DNA of 64,000 nt from Halocafeteria seosinensis (Eukaryota). Position numbers and translations under genes: made by a program. Shown piece after piece: positions 42,098 through 54,500 of the stretch. Each line of letters starts with the position of its first letter. Position 1 is the first letter of the stretch. The stretch lies in the NCBI GenBank assembly GCA_001687465.1, contig LVLI01000250.1, forward strand, positions 1 through 64,000, written 5' to 3'. The notes under the pieces were generated by a model. The model made no database searches and was not told where the DNA came from. It saw nothing but the letters and a program-made list of their open reading frames with translations.

Positions 42098-44616
42098 ATG
42101 GCCGACGCGACTTCTTCAAGAACTTCCTCTGGGGCTGAGCTCGCGTCCGAAGAGCTTGCAGAGCTAAAGAAGGCTATATTCGCCCCTACTCTCGAGTCTA
42201 ACGTAGGTATACTGTCTCTCGTTCTCTTATCTACTGGTGGTGAGACGCTACTCGACTTGGGTCTGCCTATGCAGGACGTTGAGCGGTGGTATTCTGAAAA
42301 GATCGACTTGTGTGAGCTTGATGGACTTCGATTCGGTTTAGTACAGCGCGCAGGAGGTCCATGCGGCGTTCTCGCCTCCCTTCAGGCATTCGTCATCAGA
42401 GAACTTTTCATCCAGGAGCGAACCCAGCAGCAGGAGCAGAACTCTTCATCATCTGGTGCAGCTGCAGAAGGAGAGAGTTCCACTGATGGTGCCGGTGGGA
42501 CGCATCAGGAAGGAGGAGAAGCAGGTAATTGCTGATATGATATTTGCCCTCTTGTCTGTTTGTTTCACGTACAAGCCATTCGCTTCTTATTGTTGCGCAG
42601 CTGAAAGTTACCCCCAGAATTTGCTGGAAGTAGAAGGCGCTACCGTATGTGGATTGCCATTGGGAATAGCCCAGGCGTCGCGTGAGAATGTCGAAGAAGC
42701 GTTGGCTAGAGCCGTCAGTCTTATGCTATGGCAAAGCGTTGGGGGTGTTGTCATTACATCTTTGAGCAAACAAGAGCATACGTTCAATGTGGAAATCAAA
42801 CCCTCAATTCCAGAAGGGAGCAAGCCAGTATATTTTGTAGAAGCAAGCTGTGATAGTTTTACGAACGAGACAGAGGCTACGGCGTTTAGGAAGACTCCCT
42901 ATTATAGCTTCGAACATCTTCGTCAACATTGCAGAAAAGGTTTAGGGGCGCTAATGAAACCGGGGGGTAAGGACACACGGTCTTGTGACACTTCCCAGTT
43001 AGTGAATTATGCGTTAGCCTGTCCTAGTCGCAGGCATCATGCTATTGGTTATGTCCTTGGTTGCGTCGCGTGGAACGTCTACTATTCAAGCTGATATGGA
43101 CGAAATTGCGTCGCTAGTTCAGGTAAGTATATACGCAGCTCTTTCAAAATGACGTAGTCACCAACGTTCTGGATTCCTTCCGGGCTGCCAGCATTTTGGA
43201 CACAGTTCTCAAGAGCTTCTCAACCTCTGTTTGACAGGGAAGGCGACATCTAATGTCCACGATGGTAGCAAGAGCCTCTCACCGGAACTGCAGGATGTGC
43301 GTCTGGAGGGCATCCAATCAACTCCGCTCATAGGCTATCTTAGTCATTTAGAAGCATTACGGTATTTCGAAGTTGGAACATTTTACAAAGAACCAGTGTA
43401 CCCCGTGTGGGTTGTGGCCAGCCAAAGTCATTTTACTGTTATATTTGGTACATCTGACGATGTTATACAAGCTTCGCAAAGTTCCGTTTTGAGAAGAACG
43501 TTCGAAAAGTACGACCCATATTTATCTGGTTTCGTCCAAACCGAGAAGCTGAAAGATCTCTTAGCTGACTTAGGTGCGTGCAATTGCGTACTACTTGCTC
43601 AAGCCGCTTCCCCAAATGATACCCGACTTCATTTTCCCAGGATTGCACAACACCGTCAATGACCCCACAAAATATGATAAGTGCAAGAGCAAACTGGATA
43701 GTGAAGGAATTGTCGTATGGCAACAGCTCTGGAGCACAGTTAACCCTGTAATTCAGGGTAGTGTAGACGAAAGCACTTTGTGGTCGGATGGTGATAAAAA
43801 GGAACCTCTCTTTGACAAGAATATGGATGAACAAACGCTAGCAGCAGTAGCCCGTTCGACCTTCGATAAGTTTGACGTACATGGAGGGCAGTTTGTGGAG
43901 GCTGAGAAGGTGCCACAGTTGCTAAGGGAGTTAAGTAAGTGAATCGAATACGTACTAACTCAAACGGATATTCATAGTCTCACTAAATGCGACTCTGCCT
44001 ATCCCCAGACATCGAGCTGTCTGATGCTACTGTTCACCAATTAACTCAACAAATTACAGCTCAAGCGGGAGTTGCTCTCTGGGACTTCTTTTGGCCCGTT
44101 GTTGCTCCCTATGTCAAGCAGTATGCAGAGAAAACCGAGAGACGAACACAAAACGACTCGGCAACCAAGTCCTCAGAAGCAAAAAAGAACCGCCGTCTAG
44201 ACATCTATCACTACAATGGCCTTACGAACTCCACACAAAACCCTGTTGGAACTCACTTAGCAATTCTCCAAAGCAAAGAAGATACCGCAAACATCCAAGA
44301 GCAGATGCAAGATGTCGATATGGCTTTACAAATGAGCATGGCGCAGCCAGAAGACCTTCAAATGACTACTAGCGTTGGAGAGAGCGGCGACCCACCTGCG
44401 TCACCGTCCCTTGCTAGTGCCAAAACAGGAGATGCCCCGTTAGAAGGAGTGCTTAGCACCAAATGGAAGGGTTGCTGGGTCGGCCGTATGGACGACTTGC
44501 ACCGCACAGCATGCGGAATGAAGTCCAACACTACTCCAGTTCCCAAAACAGTAGAATGCGCCCTATTGTGGAGGTATCATTTGCATACAGTTAATACTGT
44601 TCCCTCAATAGATTAG
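42098..44616 (+). CDS. MINDY3: MINDY3/4-family (FAM188) deubiquitinase with EF-hand-like insertions
   Basis: Catalytic-Cys motif GLVQRAGGPCGVLA, HFGHSSQELLNL.LTG.ATSNVHDG, IGYL..LEALRY.EVG...K.P.YPVWV..SQSHFTVIF, YHYNGL and TKW. The paralog assignment is inferred from the EF-hand-like insertion. Confidence 0.85.
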
Positions 44617-44620
44617 TCGT

Positions 44621-47584
44621 TTATTCAGAATTATCAGCCAGAAACTTTAGGAATCGTTGTGCATAGTAGTCTGGGTCCACTGCGGATACTTCCGACCATT
44701 TGTTCACCACAGCACGCATCATACTTTCGGCCGTTTTCCTAATATTATACTGCTGTAGAATGTCGATCATTCCTGTGGTGTAGTACACGCACAGATTGCT
44801 TAGACGGATGGAGGTGCATCTTGCACAATATGTATATCCCACATACCTATGTAATAAACGTTTTCTCCAACATCTCCTTCATACGTCTGAGAAGGTATCC
44901 CAGTGCACGCAGCAGGAAAATATTTTAGACTGCACGGGGACGAACATAGGGGAGTTTCGAGTAGCCAGCACATGGTAGCCTAACTTACTCCTCGACGGTA
45001 TAGCGGTCTTCTTCAGCAATGTTTGATCCCGTCCTCTGAGCGGCGCGAGCCGCAGTAAGATGCTCATAAGTAGGCGAATTTTCACCTTCACCGGCATCCT
45101 CTCCCATGCGCGAGGCAGCATGACCTACGGGCATCGGGGTGCGGTTAGAGCGATCCTCTATGCTGGATACAGGGACGACTGACTGCCTCCTGACCCCTGG
45201 TTTATGTAGTTGGTGCCGATGGCGGATTCCCACCAGCAACGAGTAGTCCATGATTTTCATTTCTGTGGAGAAGCACTTAAACTATCGGATAGGTGCACAA
45301 ACCCTGCACAGCCCAAACGTGGCATACCCCTTAAGAAATCTGTATCGCGTTTAAGCTGATCTAGGAATGCAGATCTTCGCTCCGGTCCAAGACTCAATTT
45401 CGTTCCCGAATGAGCAAAATCATTATCCTTGAGCACACACTTTCCCAGGCCTGCACCCGATTTGAAGCCATTTCAAACATGTATACACCACGGAAAGCAA
45501 AGTACAACGAGGTCTACCTTTGGCTTTCTGTTCCTCGGTGGCCTGTCGGTTGTGGCGACTTCCTTTAAGATCGTACATCAGATGAATTGGGAGGTCACCC
45601 GCATCGAATACAGACTGTGCGGTGCAATGGGGAAATAAACATATACTCTTCTCTAGCATATCAGTGTTGAGCTTTCGACACGTACATGCATAACAACAAA
45701 ATGAACCTTCTTCCTCAGGTGTTTCATCTTGAGCCTATGCATTCCATAGAAACGGGGCAGATATGTCCCTTCATTCTCCACTACGTGCTGCATTTCAGAT
45801 GTAGCCAGTAACCATAGGACCTGTAACTAATACAAACAGTACTCTACAAACCTTAAAATAGTGCACCATTATCCTACGTAAGAAACGGGATTCTGCTTTC
45901 GTTTGCGTCTTGATCATGAATTTACCTGTGGTTGACAAAATGAATCGTTGCATGGAACCACATTGCCAAGTTTCCCAAGACGGATCACAGCCTTACCATC
46001 ATGGCTAAAGAAGAAAAATTGTCCACTCTTTGAGTTGCTCTGAAACTCTATGTACTGGTATGCGCCTCCCAGGGAAGCCAAGTAGTCAGTCCGGTCTATG
46101 CCAAACCTCTCCCGGAGATAATGAAAGACCTGTGACAGCCGTAACGAGGATCTACTCCTGCTAAGCTTTCCAGGAGTGAGAACAGTATGATCACCTACTT
46201 TTGGTGCATAATCCTTCATTTTGAAAGTCTCTTGTAAAAGATGTGGTTCGGTCTGTGGCGATCCTTGAGGAGGGAAAACTAATTTGTTGACCTGGATAGG
46301 GTAGAAAAACCACGACTCTAGAACGCATTTACAACACTGTGCACAGTTGAACGGCGGCTTACCTTCATAAAGTCGTCCATTACAAGGGGTGATTCCACCG
46401 GCACACCTGCAACCGATGTGTAAATGCCTACCATCATGGCATACGAGAGATGGTACAACGTATGCTGCTGGTTAATGATTTTCCCTGAGGACCAAAGAAT
46501 CAGGTGTTAACCTTCAATAGATAAAGGGAACCGAGTTCACCTCGAGATTTCTTACCCTGAAGCTTTTCCGCTTTTTCTTTATAATACTGTTCTGTTCCCA
46601 TCATCGCTTTTTTAATTGCACCTGGTCTGTGTAACTTTTTCCGGGGAGGGTGCACCGGCGCTGGAGGGAAAGAAACGAACACATGTAAAGGCAAGCCTGT
46701 GTGAACACCTCACCGTATAGGCTTTGCGCAAATGACATACTTCTAAGTGCATACTCCACCGGTGATCCCGGGGCTATAGTAGGGGCTAACCCCGTTGATG
46801 CAGCTCTGGTAGATCTTCTTGCAGTTTCGATATCTGCCGTTTGCTCGTCGACAACTTTTTGTGCCTCCTCCGTTCGTTGAACTGAGTCTGCAAATGGCGT
46901 TGTCGTGTACCGATAAAGGTTATCAGAGGTTCTTGCGGGGCCGTCTGCGTCTCTTGTTACAGTTTCGTGCTCTTGAGAGCTACCGCGAGGAGGGGGTGGC
47001 GCTGGAGGACGACGTCGACTGCTTTGCGATCCCGTCCTACTATGCCGTCGCTGCATCTTTCCGGCTTTTTGAGATCTAGCGAACTCCAAGTCTTTTCTGG
47101 CTTTCAGCGGAGAAGTATAGTATTTTGTAGATTCAGCTTTACCGTTTGGACTAGGGGTCAGGCGTTGTTTGGTAGGTGGGCGTGAACGTGGGGGTCTCGC
47201 CTTGCGCGTTCCTTTCTCGTCCTTCGGACTAAATCCGTATCCATTTGTTATTGTTGCGTTAGGCGCAGGACCTTTGTTCCGGCTAGAGTTACGGTTCCGT
47301 GCACTTCGACGACTGGAACCCGGCCCCATTCCAGGAGAATCTCGCCCTCTCCTTACAGGAGACGTTCGCGTTCCAACCGCTCCCATTGGATTCGACTGAC
47401 GAAACGTACTAACAGGCGTACTTCCAGACCAATCCGCCACAGCGGGCTGTGGCGTTGCATTCGCCTTTCTCTCTGGAGGCGCTGCACCCCCACGACCGCC
47501 GTTGTGACTGCCTCCACGAGGATTACTCCTGCGCAGATGCGGCAGCGCGGTGGTCGGTCGTTGCTCCTGCGCCCCGTTATTCAT
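44621..47584 (-). CDS. Phosphatidylinositol phosphate kinase (PIP5K family) with long basic, disordered N-terminus
   Basis: KDYAPKVF..LRERFGID, KSGQFFFFSHDGKFMIKT, YDLKGS, IMDYSLLVGI and GMIDILQQY...SAVDP..YA.RF..F. Confidence 0.93.
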
Positions 47585-48040
47585 CTCCCTCTCCTGGTGG
47601 GCGAAATTGGAAAAATTCGGCCTTGTACACGTCGATCAACGGCGAAGTCTGTCCAGAGTCGTTCCCAGGTGTTTAGGGCGCAATTTCAACTTGAGCAGCT
47701 CCCTCTCCAGCTACAATAACAACGACTAATTCCTTTTCGCTAGGGTGATCAGCACGGTACTATCAGCCTCTATGTAGCTCCGGAATTACTGCACTGTGCA
47801 CTGTGGGGTCTATACACGCAAAAGCACTCAGATCACGACGACTTGTCCGCGCCATCAAGTCCCTGAAACGAAGTCACTGTAAACTCTATTCCGATGCCAT
47901 TTTTTGGGGTATCTTCTGCGCTTGTGTTCCCCTCATCTAAAATCCTCTCCAGTGTCAAAACGTCACTAGATCACTCTATACAAGCCTCAGACGTTCTCCG
48001 GGGGGGCGTGTGCCCGCGCCACGTTTGGCCGTTGGGAACA

Positions 48041-48108
48041 TGGGCCGGTTTCTAGGTCCCGGGATACCGGGACCATGGTTGGGCGTCCCCGGCCCACAGG
48101 GACGCCCA
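48041..48108. other. GC-rich intergenic double hairpin with pseudoknot potential
   Basis: Perfect stems 48055-48062/48067-48074 (8 bp) and 48080-48089/48099-48108 (10 bp). The loop 48090-48096 is complementary to 48041-48047. Confidence 0.6.
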
Positions 48109-48208
48109 GCAGCTTTCTTTGTGTTGTTTCTAGAGACCCAAGGACACGATTTTCATGCCTTTATTGTACAGGATCTAGTGTTTTCCACCTCTTGAGATAC
48201 TCAGTAGC

Positions 48209-51200
48209 ATGGAGAGATACTCCGCTTCGTCCCCGCTGTCCTCTGGGTCACGTAGTGGCCGACATTTTGGGGGCCACCAGCAGCGGACGCGCCCACATGG
48301 ACCATCGCCTATATCGACTCATAATGCGTCCAGAGGTCAATACGAGTCTAATGAGGAGGTTCAGATGAATATTGAGTCTCTTGCGCAGCAGCTATCGTCC
48401 CAAGTGGACTACAATAACGAGCTGTTGCAGCAACTACAGCAGGTGGAAGAGAGGGAATTGAACACCCAAAATGAGCTCCAGGAGACCAAACGGGCTCTTC
48501 GTAATGCGTATTCAGAGCGTGATGCGGCATCGGAGGAGGTTTCTTCGTACAAGTACGTGTTCTCCCTGGCTCCTTGTTGTTGTGTGTGCCCCGTTATCCT
48601 ACCATGGGTCGGGTGTATACTTTTGAACGTCCCCACTTGACCTTGCTGCTCTTGGATACTAATTGTTACTTTACGCTGCAGACGGAAGAATGATCAATTG
48701 GAACATCAGATAGAGCACCTTCGCCGGGACAATTACCAATTACGCACGGATGCTGGCGCTCGGCACCAGGAGATAGAGACTTCAAAGCGATCCAGTGAAA
48801 ACGTTGAGAAACAGATTGCCGATCTGCGGAAGAGGATGTCTGCGAAAGATACCGAATTAGAGCAACTGAGAAATCAACTTCGAGATACGAAAAACGAACT
48901 AGAAGATACCAAAGCTAACGAAGAACAAAACTTGAGATACTGGAAAAACCGAGCAGAAGCCCTGGAAGAGGAGACGGAAAAGCTGCGGGAGCAGCAGACT
49001 CCACTGCATAACAAAATCGAAGAGGCAGACAAGAAAGTTAGCCGTGCACGCCATGACGCTGAAGCGGCACGGAAGTCTCGCGACGAAACAAAGGCCGAAA
49101 TAACGCAGCTGCGACAATACATCAACCGTCTGGAATCAACAGCCCGGGAGTCACAGAGCAAGTCCAGTTATGTCAATGCAACCATTTCGCAATACGAAAC
49201 TCGCATGAATTCTCTGCAAGAGCAATTGGACAATGCCCTAAAACAAGTCGAAGGTATGTGTCGATTGAAGATCTTAGAGTATGCCGAAATCCTCTATGAC
49301 TTTTGTTTTACTTGCAGACCGCGATATTCAAATCCACAATCTTAGCAATCGGATTAGTGATCTCACGGAGCAACTGAACGCTGTCAAAAAAGAATCAAAT
49401 GAATTACAAGAAGAACTTGAGTCAGTGGGATCTGATTTGCTGTCCCAATCTAGGGCGCGAACCTCGGACCAGCAAGCATACGAAAACAGGATACAGTAAG
49501 TTGTATGCACCAACCTGACGAGAAAATGCATCGTATATTGACTACTTTTGTGATGATTGCTCAGAGATACCAAACAACAGCTGCGAGAAGTACAAGAAAA
49601 TTTCAAGAAGGCGCAGGAAGAGTGGTTCCAGGAACGGCAACGCTTGTTGGCGTCGGCCCGAGAAAGTAGATCGGAAGCCGACACGGAATGTGATCGTTTG
49701 CAAGAAGAACTAAATAAGTTAAATTCCGTGCTGCAAGAAACCCGGGACAACCATGAAAAGCGAGTGGAAGAATTGAATGGCTATATCGGTGAACGAGACA
49801 AGGAAATTGAGCAACTGCGGAGACTACTGGAATCGGAACGAGAAAACTCCAGAAAACAAGCGGAAGAAATCCAAGAGAAAGAACGCGGCTATAACGAGGA
49901 AATTAACAGGCTTCAATCTGATTTGTTCTCGCGAACTCAACGGCAAGTTTCTGTCCTTACTGCTTTGAAGAGTACTATGCTAGAGTTAATCTCGGAAGCA
50001 CGTGGTCTACAAGACGACAACCAAGCGAATGCGACAGACATCCAGTCCATTCGAGAGCAAGTCGAAAAGGCTAAGTCGGAGTCGGAAAACGAGAATGAAC
50101 AATGGTTCAACCAAATTAAACGGAGCATGCTAACCTTGTTAGATGGTATTGGCTCTGCGAGAGCTGAATCATCCAGACGAAAGGAAGAAGCGGACCAAAG
50201 TGAAGCCAAGTTTGAAGAAGCTCGTAGAGAGGTAGGTTGTTGGTCAGGCGGTAGTGTCGTTATTTTGTTCTTCTACTTTCTTGACGTGTTTCTTTTTTTC
50301 TCAAACAGATGATATCGATGGAAGAAGATGTATCTTCCCTGAAACACTCACTAAGCGCTGCTGAAGATCGTCTAAGTGCGCAAGCGGATGAATATCAAAG
50401 GCAACTCAACTCCCTAAAAGGTATGTTTTTCATACTGTTCTAAGGAAGAGTCGGAACTATATATTGTTTGAATAACTACAGAAGAAGGAAGCTCAACGTC
50501 GGAAGCCGTCGCCGATGCGGAGTCGCGCTTAGAACGTGTACAGAAGCAATTGCGGACAGCCAACTCCCATAACACAGAACTTCAAACCACTAATGCTCGT
50601 CTCTCATCCGAACTAGCAGATGTCAAGTCGAGGTTAAACGGGCGAATTAGCTCCCTTGAAGAGCAGAACACCAAGCTTGAGGTACGGTCCTGTCCATGAA
50701 ATGATTTGATTTGAGGCGTACATAGTAGTTTCGTTTGCAATATGACAGGACGAAGAAAAAGAATACCAGGTGAAGGTTTCCAGACTAGAGAGTCAAATTG
50801 AGCAGCTGCGCCAAGATAAGGATCAAGCGAATGAAGATAACGAACGACTCCGCAACGAAATTTCGGAGTTGAAGGAGACCAACGAGGAGCTTGAGAACGC
50901 GGTGCAAGAGCAGAAGACATCCAGCAGCTCTCAGCTGAAAGCTACAGCGTCATCGCTGACGAACCTCCAAACTCAACTACGTCAAAAGGATACACTTCTG
51001 GCAACGTTGCGGAAACAGAATAGTGAGTTGCAGCGAGAAAATGACTCTTTGCGCTCAGAATTAGATGCCAGCTCCTACCGCGTTCCGAAAAGCGCCCCGA
51101 ATCCTCCGAGTACCAGTCACGAAAGTTCGCCGACTTCCTATTCCGTCAATCCAAGCAAGATTTCAGCGCGGTTGCAGGCATCGCTAAGAAACGAAGAGAA

Positions 51201-51357
51201 CGGCCCTAACTCTCCTGATACCGCGCAAGGGTCACCATCGACTACTGAACATGCGCAGTATGCATCACCCTCAAAGAAAAAATCCCCAGCCAAGACCGGC
51301 AATGGGCTGGGAAACAACTCCACAAGTGACTCCGCAAACGACAGTGTCGAGCAATAG
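48209..51357 (+). CDS. Long coiled-coil protein of unknown function
   Basis: Consecutive E/Q/L/K/R-rich heptad ORFs separated by GT-AG introns, with S/P-rich termini. No catalytic motif recognised. Confidence 0.8.
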
Positions 51358-51522
51358 ACCCGACCAAAATACTACCGGCAGGTCTCGGAGAGAAGGTTAC
51401 GATAGGCACTGAATGACAGTAATACCCCCCAATGTCATCCATTCTACTCCTCACATTCAGTAATATACTAAATGATAAATGTTAATAGTACCACAGCACC
51501 ATGTTACAAAGCGTAACTTGCA

Positions 51523-54500
51523 CTACTTCTCAAGTATAGGGTGCTTTAAAAAGCGTGGGTTTCGGTGGACCGCCGAGTTTGCCTCCGCAGCTGCAATAGA
51601 ATTATTAAAACAACCCGAGCAAAGGGCATCAAGCGTCTTTTCAACCGATTTTAACGCGAAATTTCCGTGAATTTTGCGCCGTTCGCGGGACTCGTCAACA
51701 AGGGTCGGCCAGATGTGATCCCACGCTGAAATGTCGTCATCGTTATACCATAGCGCAGTCGGGTCCAAAGATGTAACACGCCATTTGAGGTAAGCCAGAT
51801 ATAGAGGATCACTGATGATTCTCGCCCCTTTGCGGACGAATTCAGTCTCACTAGAAGAGACCAGCTCTTCGAGACCAGCTCTACGCAACATGGAAGCTCC
51901 CACCTGATTCCTCCAGATGTGTCCATGGTAAACCAGAGGCACGACGCCTACATGAACCATATTCTGAAGCAAAGGATATGAAAACAATTATCTTCTAGGA
52001 TCTAGGCAAGACGCAGAGAGTGAGTCATAAGCGTACCTGGACCGAATTACATGCTCCAAATGGAGTGGAATCAATTCCCACATCCATGTCAGCAAGGTGC
52101 CGTAGGAACTCCGAAGGGCCCAATCGGGCATGCAGAATTGTCTTAACTCGGGTCGAATCCTGCAAAGCCACACCAATTTGTAAACTCTCGCTTCATAAAA
52201 CATAACAAAACGATTTGCAAACAGTACCAGAAGATGTAAGGCTTCGTCAATGGCTTTGCTAGCCGCAAGAGGTGTCAAAGCGGTACTATCATCCAGTCCA
52301 GGGGAGAAGTGGAGTTCATAGTTATAGTTTCCCAGGTCCAGAGCTTCTCGGATGAGCTTTCCGATGTGGACTAGATGATGGTGTAAGATCTTAACCTTTG
52401 TCCACGGAAACGACAACTTAATTGTACGGGAAGGCATAGAACCGCCTTGAAAAGGGTAAACTTTTGCCAGCTCTAACGGAGTAATATTCCCCGCCGTTGT
52501 TGACATCCCCGTGCTTTCAGTAAATTGGGCAAACGTACTCTGAAATTGCGCGTACGCAGTGACGTTGGAGACTTTGCTGGAATACTCATTCTTCAGGGGT
52601 TTGAAAGATACGCCCATTCCTGGCACCAGAATCAACTGTTCGCTGTATCTCCCTTGTGCGAATTGTTCAACACGTGAGAAGATATCTGGTCTTGCAATTC
52701 TTAACCGATTTACGAAATCAACACTAGGAGATTCACGATATGTTCTGAGGTGGGCCACGGGGTCTTCGTATGCCTCGACGAGTCGCCTAGGTATCTGTCT
52801 CAAATGATAATCTGCCTTGATCGTGCTCGCGGCTGGAGGGTTTAAGGCATTGTTCTCATAATATTTGGAAGGGTATGCGGTTTTACCTTCGTAAACTCGA
52901 AGAGCGCTCTTTATCTGTTCTACAAGACACTCTTCAGGACAAGTCATCCCGTCCATTTCCATCCGAGCAGTTACTTGTTCGTAGGCCGTTTGCAATGGAG
53001 TCGCAACCTCAGCTTCCCATCCACCGATGAAGTAATCGAGCAACGCACCGTGTGTGCTCGATGAGTGTCCATAGCTTACAATCTGAAGAGGGGCTAGTTG
53101 TAGATTCGCAATGACAATGTCTTGAGGGTGCATCCCCACCTGAGTATAGTAAACGACATCAAATGCTTCCGCAAGCAGCTGTTTTGCAAGACGGTTTACA
53201 TCGGCATAGCTAGCTGCTGAAGCCAGGTGATGAATCTTATCAAATTCTGGGTGGTCCTTATCGTTGAGCGTAAACATATTGCTGTCCAGGAATAGCAGAT
53301 GAACCTCATATCGTGGATTTGAGAGAAGCTGTTGAACGAATGCTTCAAAGTTTCGGAAAACTGAATGAGTATCAAACCATTGAGCCGAGACGACGAGGAT
53401 TTTGGGAACGGTACTTGGCGATGCAACTACGAAAGAAGACGCTAGCGATATCGACATAGGAAGATTGCTCCACTGACAGGACATTAGAATTGACACGCTA
53501 AGCTGAACAAAGCCTTCACTCAAGTAAAATTGCGCTTACCATTTGCTCTTCGTTGAGGCTTTGTTTCAGGGTCGTTTCAGACCGTTCGTTAGTATAGCTC
53601 ACGTGGAAGTACCGATGCTGTTGTTTCAAAGTTAACGAAGGCATATTGATGACCCACTTTTCCACCCTCTGTAGCAACAGAACGTCTTCCTCCACGGCCT
53701 TCAGGAACTGGTGAGAGTCTGTTAACGTGATGATTATTACAAGTTGGGAAAGTAGATGGTGTACTAAGAAAATTACCCACTTACTGTCAAAATTTCCCAC
53801 TGTAGACCTCCAGGAGTCGTGAATTTGCCGCAGAACCACAGGACGAGGAATACCCAACCCGAAAAAGCGCCATCGGACGGTTTCGCCATACGGAGCGAAG
53901 GCAACCTCTTTGTACTTTAAAATATCGTTTTCAGCTGTGGTCATGACACGGATGAAATTTGCCGAAGCGCTGCCACCGTCCATGTACATTGTTACCATTC
54001 GTTCGAACCACGTGTCGTATAGGTGTGGACTCATCTCGAAGAGTAAAGAGTTTCGCAAGAACGCATCCCCAAAAGGGCAGTACAGCAAAATTATGGCGGC
54101 AATGGAGGGGTTGCGGAATTCAGCAAATCTCATTAAAACTGGCCCAGTTGACCGGTCAGAAGCAGCCCTTGAGATAAGACAAAAGCTATATACTGACCGA
54201 GCAGCTGTGTCAGCAGACAATCTCTGTGACAGTGGAGGAACTCATGATAACAGTTAACGCTATCCCTTTACTCCCTTGCTTATCTTACCTCTAGCGGTCC
54301 ACGAAGGATTTCAAAGTTTAGAGAGTCAAACCACCTCACTGCTGCATCCCCAAAGTCGGTGCTTCGATTTTTTGAGCGTAGAGTCTCTAAGTCTGTGGCA
54401 GTGATAACGGCGTAACCAGTGATATAGGCCAGGAGAGGTTCGTAAAGCAGCTCTCACCTTGCTCAAATATACTGTCTAATATCTCTTCACTTCCCGAGAC

